Assembly: GCA_043785305.1 (NCBI GenBank)
Contig: JAYVXI010000234.1
Location: 8,008-72,007 of the forward strand
Reading direction: 5' to 3'
Source of the DNA: Limnoglobus sp.
GTDB taxonomy: Bacteria; Planctomycetota; Planctomycetia; Gemmatales; Gemmataceae
Length of the DNA: 64,000 nt
A program made the translations under genes and the position numbers. Positions 47,005 through 56,950 of this stretch are shown here, piece by piece. Positions within the stretch are counted from its first letter, which is position 1. Each line of letters begins with the position of its first letter. Below the pieces are notes generated by a model. It saw only the letters and a list, made by a program, of their open reading frames with translations. It had not been told where the DNA came from and made no database searches.

Positions 47005-47936
47005 CGGTTCGACCTCGTGGGTAACATCCGCGCGTGGTAACGCACAATGAGGTTCTCCGGGACGCGCACGAGGTACGAACACGCCGCCTTTGCTACCGCG
47101 ATGGCGTGCGCCCGATTGCGCGAATCGCGCGTGATGATCGCACGCAGAAATGCCTGGAATACCTTCATTAAAAGGAGAATCGCGGTCCAGACGGCCAGAA
47201 ACGGGTCGCCGTAGCGCAGGCTTGTGATGGCACGATTGCGTTCGACGTGAAACGCGAATGTCGGTGTGGTGTCACCGGCGGCAGCCCCGTGAACGTGGCG
47301 AACGAGCGAGCGCGGCGCGTAGACGGTGCCGTGGCCGCTGAGTCTGGCCCGCCAGCCCGATTCGAGATCTTCGTAGTACAAAAAATAGCGCGGGTCGAGC
47401 ACGTTCCCCGCGCAATCTTCGCGTGCGCTGACCGCCGCGCCGCAGCCGGCGAAGATCGGGCGGCTCACTTCGAACTGCCCGCAATCGTCTTCGCGAAAGC
47501 CGAGATCGGTACCGCGACCGTCGCGTAACAAGACGATGCCCGCGCTGTTGATCACGGTCGGATTCGCGGCAAACACGAGCTTCGACGCCACCGCACAACC
47601 GGGGTTCTCCGCCATGACGACGAGGAGTTCTTCGAGCCAAAACGGGTCGGGGATCGTGTCGTTGTTGAGCAAGATTTTCGTGCGACCGTGCGCGTGTCGT
47701 GCGGCCACATTGTTGCCTTCCGCAAAGCCGACGTTGGTCGATAATCGAACGAAGCGACACCAAGGGTAACGCTCGGGAACGACCTCGTACGAACGATCGC
47801 TCGAAGCATTATCGACGACGATCACTTCAAAGCGATGTCGCGATAACGACTGTCTTTCCAGTGCTTTTAGACAATTGGCAAGGTGAAGGCCACCATTGTA
47901 GTTCACGATCAAAATCGAAACGGGAGTACCGTTCAC
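46992..47936 (-). CDS. Glycosyltransferase family 2
   Basis: VSILIVNYNGGLHLANCL, VVDNASSD, LNNDT. GTG start. Confidence 0.85.
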   Translation of the reverse strand: MNGTPVSILIVNYNGGLHLANCLKALERQSLSRHRFEVIVVDNASSDRSYEVVPERYPWCRFVRLSTNVGFAEGNNVAARHAHGRTKILLNNDTIPDPFWLEELLVVMAENPGCAVASKLVFAANPTVINSAGIVLLRDGRGTDLGFREDDCGQFEVSRPIFAGCGAAVSAREDCAGNVLDPRYFLYYEDLESGWRARLSGHGTVYAPRSLVRHVHGAAAGDTTPTFAFHVERNRAITSLRYGDPFLAVWTAILLLMKVFQAFLRAIITRDSRNRAHAIAVAKAACSYLVRVPENLIVRYHARMLPTRSNRCVW

Positions 47937-47960
47937 TCCGGTTCCTCCTCGTTTAGCGAA

Positions 47961-48725
47961 TCAGGCGGCAACGAGTTGTTTCGATGCGTCCCGAACGCTT
48001 TGCGTGTACATCGCGGAGATTTCCTTCGCTGGCCCCGACGCGACGATGCGACCGTGTTCGAGCCAGATCGCCCGCGTGCAAAGTTTCTCGATCGAACCGA
48101 GATCGTGGCTGACCATCACCATTAGGCTCGCGGTGGCCATCATGTCTTTCATGCGTTGCCCGGCCTTGTTTTGGAACGACAAGTCGCCGACGCTGAGCAC
48201 TTCATCGATGAGTAACACTTCGGGTTCGATGGCCGTCGCAATCGAGAACGCGAGTCGGACGGCCATGCCTGCGGAGTAGTAGCGGACGGGCGTATCGAGG
48301 AAGTCGCCGAGTTCGCTGAAGTCTTCGATTTGTTTTTGCTTGGGGCGTAGCGTGCGCGGCGTTTCGCCCTGGAGGTACGCGCGATACATGATGTTTTCGC
48401 GGCCCGTCGCATCCGGCTCGAAGCCGAGCGTGATGTCGAACAGCGAGCAGATTTTCCCTTCGACGAGGCGCGTACCGTGCGTCGGCGGATAGACTCCGGC
48501 GAGCATTTTCAGGAGCGTACTTTTGCCCGCACCGTTGTGGCCAATGATGCCGATGCGTTCGCCATCTTTTACCGAAAGATCGACATCGACGAGCGCCGGC
48601 ACGCGAACGAGCGGGTTGCGGCTGTTCATGAACATGCCGTTGAGCAAGAACTCTTTCAACGACAGGCGCACGGCCTTTCGCAGAGTAAATGTCAACGATA
48701 CATCGTGCAATTCAATTTTCGCCAT
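47961..48725 (-). CDS. Polysaccharide/O-antigen-type ABC exporter ATP-binding protein (Wzt/TagH-like)
   Basis: GHNGAGKSTLLK, YSAGMAVRLAF, LLIDEVLSVGD. Confidence 0.85.
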   Translation of the reverse strand: MAKIELHDVSLTFTLRKAVRLSLKEFLLNGMFMNSRNPLVRVPALVDVDLSVKDGERIGIIGHNGAGKSTLLKMLAGVYPPTHGTRLVEGKICSLFDITLGFEPDATGRENIMYRAYLQGETPRTLRPKQKQIEDFSELGDFLDTPVRYYSAGMAVRLAFSIATAIEPEVLLIDEVLSVGDLSFQNKAGQRMKDMMATASLMVMVSHDLGSIEKLCTRAIWLEHGRIVASGPAKEISAMYTQSVRDASKQLVAA

Positions 48726-48764
48726 CGTTCGCCGCTCGCAGTAGAATTCGTGATGAATCGCGAT

Positions 48765-49553
48765 TTACAGTTGAAAAATCAGTCGTTTTTGCAGCCAAGC
48801 CATCGCCCCACACGCCAACCCGAAGAGTGCAATTGTCAGTCCGCCGGCGAAGAAATACTGCTCGGGTGCTGGGATTTTACCTTCCATGAGCGGTTGGCCG
48901 ATCAGCACAATGAAGTGCGCAACGGGGTTGATCTCGACGATCCATCCCAACCCTTTCGCTTCCAACAAGCCGGGCGGATACATGATCGGCGTCAGGAAAA
49001 ACAGCAGTTGCGAAACGACTTCGATCAGGTGTTTCGTGTCGTGAAAGTAAGCATGCGCGAACGCGGCGAGCGTGGCAATCGACCAGCAGAACAGGCTCAA
49101 CATCAGGATTGTCGGCAAGATCGTTGGTAAGGCAAAGAGTGCGACGGGCGTGCCTGTCAACGTAATTAATGCGACCACGACGAGCGCGAGCGCGATCAGG
49201 AAGTGAATGAACGTTCCCAACACGATTCTCAGCGAATAAATGCTCATCGGTAACGGACACTGGCGGATGTACGCTTCGCCGCGAATGAACGAATCGCAAC
49301 CCAGAATGATCGAGGACTTCATGAAGTCCCAGATCGCCAATCCCACGAGGAGCTTGGGGGCAAACGATCGCCAATCCTGCGAGCCGAGGATGCCGCCGAA
49401 GGCGATGCAGAATACGACCGTCATCGCCAACGGGTGCAGCAACGACCAACCGATGCCGAGTACAGATCGGCGATAGCGGTTCCGCAAATCCAAATGGACG
49501 AGCGACAACCAAAAGTGGCGATAGCGCCAGGTAGCCAGTACATGCTGGATCAT
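48765..49553 (-). CDS. ABC-2 type polysaccharide exporter permease (Wzm-like)
   Basis: WRYRHFWLSLVHLDLRNRYRRSVLGIGWSLLHP N-terminal signature and six TM segments. Confidence 0.82.
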   Translation of the reverse strand: MIQHVLATWRYRHFWLSLVHLDLRNRYRRSVLGIGWSLLHPLAMTVVFCIAFGGILGSQDWRSFAPKLLVGLAIWDFMKSSIILGCDSFIRGEAYIRQCPLPMSIYSLRIVLGTFIHFLIALALVVVALITLTGTPVALFALPTILPTILMLSLFCWSIATLAAFAHAYFHDTKHLIEVVSQLLFFLTPIMYPPGLLEAKGLGWIVEINPVAHFIVLIGQPLMEGKIPAPEQYFFAGGLTIALFGLACGAMAWLQKRLIFQL

Positions 49554-49780
49554 CCATGATCCTTCGAGTGTGCGGTGAGTTTCGACAAATCCGTTCGTTG
49601 GGAAAATCTACACGCCACGCCGAAACTGTGCCAGCCCAGTTTCCGAACGCACGGAAACAACCTCGACTCCCCTTTCGCGTATTTTATCGATTCGACTTGC
49701 GCAATCGTCACAGGTGGTCTATAACACGTCCTGCGCGAGTTGGGTTGTTCAGATTATTCTGATTTTCACGGAGTAAAATT

Positions 49781-50611
49781 GTGCTCGACGAGGTTGTCAC
49801 AGGGAACTGTCTTGAGGTGATGTCGACTTTCCCGGCAGGTTCGGTCGATCTGGCATTTGCCGATCCGCCGTTCAACATCGGCTACGACTACGACGTGTAC
49901 GACGACCGTCGCGCCAAAACCGAGTACCTCTATTGGACGGAGCAATGGCTCGCCGGGGTACGCCGCGTACTGAAGCCGAACGGCTCGTTCTTCGTGGCCA
50001 TCGGCGACGAATACGCAGCCGAGATGAAGATCCGCCTCGACTCGCTCGGGTTCACGATGCGGAACTGGATCGTCTGGCACTACACGTTCGGCGTAAACTG
50101 CAAGAAGAAGTTCAACCGCAGCCACGCACACATATTTTATTACGTCGCCAACCCGAAGGCATTCACCTTCAACCCGACCGATGTTCGCGTCCCGTCAGCA
50201 CGCATGACGACGTACGCGGATTCTCGCGCGAATCCGATTGGGAAACTGCCCGACGACACGTGGGTGCTACGTCCGCAAGAGTCCGATGCACACTTTCAAT
50301 CCGATGCGGATACGTGGTATCTGCCGCGAGTCTGCGGGACGTTCAAGGAACGCACGGGGCACCCGTGCCAGATGCCCGAAGCGGTGCTGGATCGCATTAT
50401 TCAAGTGGCGTCGAACCCTGGCGATGTGGTTCTAGACCCGTTCGCCGGGAGCGGTACGACGCTAGCGAGTGCGAAGAAGTTAGGCCGCAAATACCTCGGC
50501 GTCGAACTCTCCGAAGAGTACGCTGACGCCGTCCGAAAGCGGTTGCAGTTGATCGAGTTCGCAGAGAAGTCCGCAACGAAGTCGAAGCGGAAACTGCTTG
50601 CTGCGAAGTAG
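49781..50611 (+). CDS. Beta-class DNA methyltransferase (N6-adenine or N4-cytosine); no adjacent restriction gene
   Basis: FADPPFNIGYDY (motif IV) precedes VLDPFAGSGTT (motif I). GTG start. Confidence 0.82.
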   Translation: MLDEVVTGNCLEVMSTFPAGSVDLAFADPPFNIGYDYDVYDDRRAKTEYLYWTEQWLAGVRRVLKPNGSFFVAIGDEYAAEMKIRLDSLGFTMRNWIVWHYTFGVNCKKKFNRSHAHIFYYVANPKAFTFNPTDVRVPSARMTTYADSRANPIGKLPDDTWVLRPQESDAHFQSDADTWYLPRVCGTFKERTGHPCQMPEAVLDRIIQVASNPGDVVLDPFAGSGTTLASAKKLGRKYLGVELSEEYADAVRKRLQLIEFAEKSATKSKRKLLAAK

Positions 50612-50618
50612 TTTCCGA

Positions 50619-53306
50619 TCATCCTTCGAGGAAGCCGCGTGCGAGATCGCGGCCTTTCTCGAGGGCTTCGGGGAGTTTCGCAACGTCCTTGCCGCCGGCC
50701 TGAGCCATGTCGGGTTTGCCGCCGCCCTTGCCACCGACAAGTTCGGCGATCGGCTTGATGAGGTCGCCCGCCTTCACACCTTTTGCCACCAGGTCCGAAG
50801 TCAGTGCGACTACAAGTGAGACTTTGTCTGGGGCTTCTTCCCAACCGAAAATGATCGCTGCCGACTTCGACTTTTGGCGAATGCGATCGATCTGCGAACG
50901 CACGACTTCCATCGTTACGGGGGGCAGGTGACCGACGAGCAGTTTCGTGCCGTTGACGACGACGCTGGCGTCGAACAATCCTTCGATAGCCATGATCGCG
51001 GCGCGTTTGAGCTGGTCCTTGAGTTTGGTCATTTCGTCGTCGAGTGCCGACACGCGCGTCGGCAGTTCGTCCGGCTTGCACTGGAAGCGATCCGTTAGCG
51101 TCGTCACGGTCGCGCTGAGTTGCGTCATTGCTTCGGCGGCGACGCGCCCACTGACGGCGACGATACGGCGAACGCCCTTCGCAACCGGTTCTTGCGAGGC
51201 GATTTTGAAGTAACCGATGCCACCCGTACGCGGCATGTGCGTGCCGCCGCAGAACTCGATCGAGTCGTCGAAGTTCGCCTTATCGGGCGTCTCCGGACCG
51301 ACCATTACGACCCTTACGGGGTCCGGGTATTTCTCGCCGAACACCGCTTGCACGCCATCGACTTTCTTCGCATCCGCGAGCGGCATCGTGATGGCCGTGA
51401 TGCTGAGATCGCGACCGATACGCTGATTCACGAACGCTTCGACTTGGCGAATTTCCTCCGCTGACAGTGGCTTGTCGTGCGCGAAGTCGAAGCGGGTTTT
51501 CGCATCGTCGACGAGCGAACCTTTCTGCTCGACGTGCCCACCGAGGACGGTACGCAAGCCGAGGTTCATGAGGTGCGTGGCGGTGTGGTTCCGCATGATG
51601 TCGATGCGGCGAAGCGTCGACTGCACGAGATTCGCCGACTGGCCAACCGCGATTTCGCCATCGAGCAATGTGCCGAAATGCAGGATGGTATCGCCGAGGC
51701 GCTGCGTGTCTTCGACTTCAAATTCCGCACCCGTTGCCGTTCGGATGGTACCCGTGTCGCCGACCTGCCCGCCTTGTTCGCCGTAGAAGTTCGTACAGTC
51801 CAGAACCAGCGCCACGGTCTCGCCGGCGAGGATTTTCCCGCTGACGATCATTTCGTTATCGCGAACCCACCCGAGGATGTTCGCATCGATCGCATCGGGG
51901 AGATACTTCGCGGAATCGTCCGTGTTCGGTAGTTCGCCCTTCACGGCGGTCACCGTAAATTTCTTACCGCCCTTGCGTGCCCGCTCTTGGGCTTCCTTCA
52001 TCGCTTTTTCGTAACCGGTGACATCGACGGTCAGCCCTTGCTCGGCCGCCATCTGCTGGGTGATGTCGATGTAGAGGCCGAAGGTGTCGTACAGTTTGAA
52101 GGCATCCGCACCGGTGACGACGTTCGTTGCGTCGGCCTTCGTGCGTTCGGCGATGCCCATAAACAGCTTGATGCCGCGATCGAGGTTACGCAAGAACGCG
52201 ACTTCCTCGGTGTAGATTTGTTCGCGGACTTTCTCGGGGTTCCGTTTGAGTTCGGGGAACGCTGTGCCGAACTGTGCGACCACCGTTGGCACGAGCTTGT
52301 GCAGGAACGGGCCATCGGTACCGAGGCACTGGCGGCCGTATCGCTCGGCCCGGCGCAGGATGCGTTTCAGCACGTAGTCCCGGCCATCGTTGCCAATTGT
52401 TGCGCCGTCGGTCAGTGCGAATGTCAGCGTGCGGATGTGGTCGCCGATGACGCGGTAGGCGATGTCCTTCACGTCGTCGAGTTTCGCGGTGTACGCATCG
52501 GCAACGGTAATCGTGCGAATCGCTTCAAAGATCGGCGTAAACACGTCGGTGTCGTAGTTGCTGTCTTTGCCGTTGAGCACGGCACAGATGCGCTCGAAAC
52601 CCATACCGGTATCGACGTGTTTCGCGGGGAGTGGCGTCAGGCTCTTATCCGCATTGCGGTTAAATTGAATGAAAACGTTGTTCCAGATTTCGATGACATC
52701 CGGGCTGCCACCGTTGACGAGTTTCGCGCCGCTACGGTCCGGCGTGCGGTCGAAGTGAATCTCCGTACACGGGCCGCACGGGCCGGTTTCGCCCATCTCC
52801 CAGAAGTTGTCCGCTTTGTTACCGAGGTGGATTTGTGCGGCGGGCACGCCGACCGACTTCCAAATCTCGGCGGCCTCATCATCCTTCGGGATGCCGTTAT
52901 CCGGGTCGCCCTCGAACACCGTCACGTGGAGTCGCGTTTTGTCGAGTTTCCAGACTTCGGTGAGGAGTTCCCACGCCCAGGTGATCGCTTCCTTTTTGAA
53001 GTAATCGCCGAAGCTCCAGTTGCCGAGCATTTCAAAAAACGTGTGGTGGTAGGTGTCTTTGCCAACGTCGTCGAGGTCGTTATGTTTGCCACCGGCGCGG
53101 ATGCACTTCTGCGTGTTCGCCACGCGCGTAAACTTCGGTTTTTCCGTACCGAGGAAGTACGGCTTGAACTGATTCATCCCCGCGTTGGCGAACAGCAACG
53201 TCGGGTCGTCGAGCGGCACGACGGGCGACGACGCCACGAACGTATGGCCGTGCTTCGCGGTAAAGAAAACGATGAACTGCTGGCGAATCTCGGAAGACGA
53301 AAGCAT
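50619..53306 (-). CDS. alaS: Alanyl-tRNA synthetase
   Basis: FANAGMNQFK, KHNDLDDVG, FFEMLGNWSFGDYFK, HTATHLM, GGGKPDMAQAGG. Confidence 0.96.
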   Translation of the reverse strand: MLSSSEIRQQFIVFFTAKHGHTFVASSPVVPLDDPTLLFANAGMNQFKPYFLGTEKPKFTRVANTQKCIRAGGKHNDLDDVGKDTYHHTFFEMLGNWSFGDYFKKEAITWAWELLTEVWKLDKTRLHVTVFEGDPDNGIPKDDEAAEIWKSVGVPAAQIHLGNKADNFWEMGETGPCGPCTEIHFDRTPDRSGAKLVNGGSPDVIEIWNNVFIQFNRNADKSLTPLPAKHVDTGMGFERICAVLNGKDSNYDTDVFTPIFEAIRTITVADAYTAKLDDVKDIAYRVIGDHIRTLTFALTDGATIGNDGRDYVLKRILRRAERYGRQCLGTDGPFLHKLVPTVVAQFGTAFPELKRNPEKVREQIYTEEVAFLRNLDRGIKLFMGIAERTKADATNVVTGADAFKLYDTFGLYIDITQQMAAEQGLTVDVTGYEKAMKEAQERARKGGKKFTVTAVKGELPNTDDSAKYLPDAIDANILGWVRDNEMIVSGKILAGETVALVLDCTNFYGEQGGQVGDTGTIRTATGAEFEVEDTQRLGDTILHFGTLLDGEIAVGQSANLVQSTLRRIDIMRNHTATHLMNLGLRTVLGGHVEQKGSLVDDAKTRFDFAHDKPLSAEEIRQVEAFVNQRIGRDLSITAITMPLADAKKVDGVQAVFGEKYPDPVRVVMVGPETPDKANFDDSIEFCGGTHMPRTGGIGYFKIASQEPVAKGVRRIVAVSGRVAAEAMTQLSATVTTLTDRFQCKPDELPTRVSALDDEMTKLKDQLKRAAIMAIEGLFDASVVVNGTKLLVGHLPPVTMEVVRSQIDRIRQKSKSAAIIFGWEEAPDKVSLVVALTSDLVAKGVKAGDLIKPIAELVGGKGGGKPDMAQAGGKDVAKLPEALEKGRDLARGFLEG

Positions 53307-53460
53307 GGACTTCTCAGCGTGTTTGAGAGGGAATAACCGTAGGGACTAGACACGAAGTTGCTGGAAAAGTTCAAGGGGTAATCGGAAGTTGTCGCAGCCG
53401 CGAAGCTTCACCAGAAGCATCGACTACGCGGAATGTCACGAACCGCGAGATGAGGCCAAT

Positions 53461-53958
53461 TCACGACGATGTGGCCGTCCAGTGAAAGACGGCCGACTGG
53501 CCGATGTTCTCTTCGACTTCGAGCCGCAAGACTTGCGGGGGGAAGTTTCGGCTCCGCAAGTCGTCGATCAGCCGATGGGCAATCCACTTGGCCAGCAGTT
53601 CCGCCGTCGTGTTTTCGATGTCGAGCAGGACGCAATCGCCGCGTGGGAAGATCCATTCCTTGTCGCCGAAATTCACCCGCACCGATTTTGCCGTGACGAC
53701 GACAGGGATCAGCGGGTTCCGCATCGCGATCAGCATGTGGTGATCGAGTTCGGTCGTAATCGCCAGCGTGCGGTCGCGAAGTGCGAGGAAGTCGAAGACG
53801 TAATGATTTTCGTCGAGCGGCCCTTCGACTTCGACGGCGACGCGGTAGTTGTGGCCGTGCAATCGCTCGCACTGATCGCCGTCGAGCGTGATGAAGTGCC
53901 CGCAGCTAAAGATGAAAGACTCTTTGGCCACGCGGACGTGAAAGCGTTCGTTCGGCAT
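53461..53958 (-). CDS. 6-pyruvoyl-tetrahydropterin synthase (PTPS/QueD) family protein
   Basis: FSCGHFI...CERLHGHNYRVAVEVEG. 165 aa. Confidence 0.8.
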   Translation of the reverse strand: MPNERFHVRVAKESFIFSCGHFITLDGDQCERLHGHNYRVAVEVEGPLDENHYVFDFLALRDRTLAITTELDHHMLIAMRNPLIPVVVTAKSVRVNFGDKEWIFPRGDCVLLDIENTTAELLAKWIAHRLIDDLRSRNFPPQVLRLEVEENIGQSAVFHWTATSS

Positions 53959-53979
53959 AGTTTTATGTGGCAGTAGGAA

Positions 53980-54552
53980 TCAGCGAAACATTTCGCGAAC
54001 GGGACAGGTGAAGCCAGCCAGTGAGGGTTCACCGGAGATGGTTTGATCGATGTTGAACAACTGCGGCTGCGCATCGGGCCGATAAACCGTGACCGTACGA
54101 TAACGCGGTTCGACCACCCAGACGAGGCTCACATGGCAACTGAGATATTCCTCGACTTTGTTCATCACTTCATCTTGCGTGTTACTCGGCGAGAGGATCT
54201 CGACCGCCAGCACAGGCGGGCCATCGTATAGCGTCGTTCCCGTGGCATCGTTGCTCGTCACATCGGGTCCGAAGTAGGCAACATCGATGCCCACCGTCGT
54301 ACTCGGATTGCGTCGAAGGATCGCACCGACTTCGCCGCCCGCCACCTCGCCACGCGGTTCGGGCAACGTTTGACACCACACTTCGAGCAAGTGCCCGATG
54401 CGGATCATCAGGCGGCTATGGATGCGGTTTCGCTTCGTCATAAGTTCGCGCTCCCAGAGTTTCCCACGGATCAACATCCGGTTTTTACCATCGTCGGGAA
54501 GTTTGAGAAACTCCTCCGTGGTCATCAGTCGCTCGGCCGTCGCGGTACTCAT
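53980..54552 (-). CDS. Uma2 (DUF820) family PD-(D/E)xK nuclease-fold protein
   Basis: Start MSTATAERLMTTEEF (ATG 54552). GIDVAYF...PPVLAVEILSPSN...EEYL...VWVVEP pattern. The upstream part of the 515-aa ORF is a shadow frame of the next gene. Confidence 0.72.
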   Translation of the reverse strand: MSTATAERLMTTEEFLKLPDDGKNRMLIRGKLWERELMTKRNRIHSRLMIRIGHLLEVWCQTLPEPRGEVAGGEVGAILRRNPSTTVGIDVAYFGPDVTSNDATGTTLYDGPPVLAVEILSPSNTQDEVMNKVEEYLSCHVSLVWVVEPRYRTVTVYRPDAQPQLFNIDQTISGEPSLAGFTCPVREMFR

Positions 54553-54566
54553 AAAAACTCCGGCTC

Positions 54567-55436
54567 TCACAGCCAATCGGGTACGTTCCACGGGAACTTT
54601 GCGGACACGTTCAACATATCTTCCCACAACGCAACGAACAAGCATGCGGTGACGAGGTCCGCCGTCGTGCCGGGGTTGAGTGCGTTGCGATCCGAACGCA
54701 GATAGCGATCGAGTTCGACCCCCGCGTGGCGGCCATTTTGTGTGTGCAAGCCACCGAGTGCGAGCACACGATTTGCTCGTTGTCGCACATCCTCGGCTGC
54801 GAGTTCGCTTTTCTTGCGCGCGATCAACGAATCGGGGAACTCGGCGAGCCACCGTAGCTGACACTCGATCACTGCGGGTTCGATCCGCCCGAATTTCTCG
54901 AACGCCTCTTCGAGAGCGGGCACGCCGAAGTGGAAAATGTCCGCGTAGCCGTTGGCGTACTGCTGCGCGATCGTGTCCCGATCCACCGCGAGTGACATCG
55001 CCTGCAAAAGCGTGACCGTGGGTGCGTCGCGCACGTCCTGTTCGGGGGCATCGCCGAGGCCACCCGGGGCGGCGAGCCGGATCGCCCGGTAAACGAGTTC
55101 GGCATCGCTTACGGTCAGTTCGTTTAAGACTCGTTGCACACCCGTACGCAGCGGTTCGCCATCGGGCACAGCGGCAAGTGGCGCGATGGCGAGGCAGATA
55201 CCGAGGTTGGTATTTTGGCCGACGAAAGTCTGCGTCGCTTCGACTGCTGACAGCACCGTTTGGCCGACGCTGACGCGGTGCGTATGTCGAAATGCGGGGC
55301 CGATCGCGATGGCGCTGAGCAGGAAATCGGCGAGCGTGGTGTTCGTGAAATCGGCGTGCGGATGAACGTTGCCGACCTTCCGCGACAGTGCTTCCCACAT
55401 GCACGCGGTCTGGACGAGTTGCGAAATATCGTTCAT
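54567..55436 (-). CDS. Triphosphoribosyl-dephospho-CoA synthase (CitG/MdcB) family protein, methanopterin-island type
   Basis: EALSRKVGNVHPHADF, TNLGICLAIAPL, NPGTTADL. ATGA overlap with the upstream gene. Confidence 0.7.
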   Translation of the reverse strand: MNDISQLVQTACMWEALSRKVGNVHPHADFTNTTLADFLLSAIAIGPAFRHTHRVSVGQTVLSAVEATQTFVGQNTNLGICLAIAPLAAVPDGEPLRTGVQRVLNELTVSDAELVYRAIRLAAPGGLGDAPEQDVRDAPTVTLLQAMSLAVDRDTIAQQYANGYADIFHFGVPALEEAFEKFGRIEPAVIECQLRWLAEFPDSLIARKKSELAAEDVRQRANRVLALGGLHTQNGRHAGVELDRYLRSDRNALNPGTTADLVTACLFVALWEDMLNVSAKFPWNVPDWL

Positions 55437-56284
55437 GAATCGCCTGCCTCAAGCATAAATTGCACGAGCGTTTTGGCCACGTCGATGCCGCAAGTCGGTG
55501 CGAGTGCCTTCCAGCCGGGCACGGCATTCACTTCGATAATGAACCACTCGCCGCGATCGTTTTGTATTAAATCGACCCCCGCAACGATCGCTCCCGTGGC
55601 GGCGGCGGCGCGGATTGCGAGCGATGTTTCGTGCGACGAAAGTTCGTATTTCTCTGCCGTGCCACCTTGCGCGACATTCGTCCGCCAGTCGCCGGAGTTC
55701 GTGCGCTTCATTGCCGCAATAACCTGGTTATTCAGCACGAATGCCCGCACGTCCCAGCCGGGGTGCGGGATGAATTGTTGCAAGTAAAGTATGCCGCGGG
55801 TCTGCTCGATCGAGTGGAACGTCCGCCACGCCAACTCGCGATCCGTCACGCGAACCATACCCCGCCCCTCCGAACCGAAGAGCGGTTTCACGACGACATC
55901 GCCACCGAGCGCATCGAACGCAGCGAGGGCATCGTCCGCCAACTGACATACGACTGTCGCAGGCACGGGTAGCCCCGCATTCATCAGGCGAACGTTCGTG
56001 AGATATTTATCGACGCAGGTTTCGATCGCGCGCGGCGGATTGAGTATCGGCCGCCCGCTGAGTTCAAAGGCGTGCATGACATCCATGCGGAACACGACTT
56101 GCTCCAGCGACCCCGCCGGCATCGTGCGGATGAGTGCGGCATCGTACTGCGACAGGGGGGTGTCATTGGTGGCTGACAGGCGGCGAAAGTCGACCGCATT
56201 CGCGTGGTGGCCGAGTTCGCGCGATGCCCGGATGAGGTCTTGCACGTGCCAGCCATCGCCGCGAGAAAGAATCGCAAGGTGCAT
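55433..56284 (-). CDS. RimK-family ATP-grasp alpha-L-glutamate ligase (MptN-like)
   Basis: Start MHLAILSRGDGWHV (ATG 56284). DVVVKPLFGSEGRG, FIIEVNAVPGW. Confidence 0.78.
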   Translation of the reverse strand: MHLAILSRGDGWHVQDLIRASRELGHHANAVDFRRLSATNDTPLSQYDAALIRTMPAGSLEQVVFRMDVMHAFELSGRPILNPPRAIETCVDKYLTNVRLMNAGLPVPATVVCQLADDALAAFDALGGDVVVKPLFGSEGRGMVRVTDRELAWRTFHSIEQTRGILYLQQFIPHPGWDVRAFVLNNQVIAAMKRTNSGDWRTNVAQGGTAEKYELSSHETSLAIRAAAATGAIVAGVDLIQNDRGEWFIIEVNAVPGWKALAPTCGIDVAKTLVQFMLEAGDS

Positions 56285-56868
56285 CACGCCGACTCGACGG
56301 ATGGGGTGGGCAGCGGCGCGGGGAACAAGTCCGCCACACGCACGCGGAATCCAGGAAACAGCGGCTCGCCGGTGAGTTCTTCCTCGGCCGTATAACGGCG
56401 AACCGTGCCATCGGCGAGGTAAGTATGAACCGATCGGCAATCCGGATTCACGACCCAGATCAACGGCACTTTGACGAGCAGATAATCGTTGAGTTTGTCT
56501 TCGACATCGTAATACGTGTCGTTCGGCGAGATCACTTCCACGACGAGATCGGGTACGAGATAAATGATCCCGCGAGGTGGGCGATTGTTCGGAAACCGGC
56601 CACTGCGAACGAACGAGACATCGGGCTTGCGAACCGATTTCGGCTTGAGCGGGAAGCATTGATACATCGCATCGGGAGGGAAAATGTGGCCCAGGTTCCC
56701 CGCACGAATGACCTTCCCGATCAGAAACATGAGTTCACCGGAGACGTAGCTCGATTCCGCGCCCATATTCAACTCCTTCAGGTCGCCATCGACGAGTTCG
56801 ACGCCGCGGGTGCCCGACATCATTTCGAACTGTTCGGGCGTCAAATTCGTTCGCAACGAGACGATCAT
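56284..56868 (-). CDS. Uma2 (DUF820) family PD-(D/E)xK nuclease-fold protein (second, divergent copy)
   Basis: KPDVSFV...VPDLVVEVISPND...NDYL...IWVVNP. The TGA stop shares a base with the next gene ATG (TGATG). Confidence 0.72.
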   Translation of the reverse strand: MIVSLRTNLTPEQFEMMSGTRGVELVDGDLKELNMGAESSYVSGELMFLIGKVIRAGNLGHIFPPDAMYQCFPLKPKSVRKPDVSFVRSGRFPNNRPPRGIIYLVPDLVVEVISPNDTYYDVEDKLNDYLLVKVPLIWVVNPDCRSVHTYLADGTVRRYTAEEELTGEPLFPGFRVRVADLFPAPLPTPSVESA

Positions 56869-56901
56869 GGGTAACCTCCGGTGATAGCTGGTATGGAGAT
56901 T

Positions 56902-56938
56902 ATCCCAGAAAGGACTTGCGTAACAATGCGGGTTCGCA
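56902..56938. repeat. 37-nt direct repeat, copy 1 (detached duplicate of the mch 3' end)
   Basis: 35/37 identical to 57086-57122. The minus strand reads CEPALLRKSFLG followed by TAA. Confidence 0.85.
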
Positions 56939-56950
56939 ATTCGCGCTCTA

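Noticed and set aside
51987-53336. 449-aa plus-strand ORF
   Set aside because: It is entirely antisense to alaS and its composition is typical of GC-rich shadow frames. The same reasoning applies to 3274-4212, 10601-11584, 16301-17293, 35060-35713, 36284-36844, 39308-39790 and 61869-62621.
53980-55527. 515-aa ORF in the track
   Set aside because: Only the last 190 aa (Uma2-like) are credible. The rest is an R-rich alternative frame of the CitG-like gene (54567-55436), which has real family motifs.
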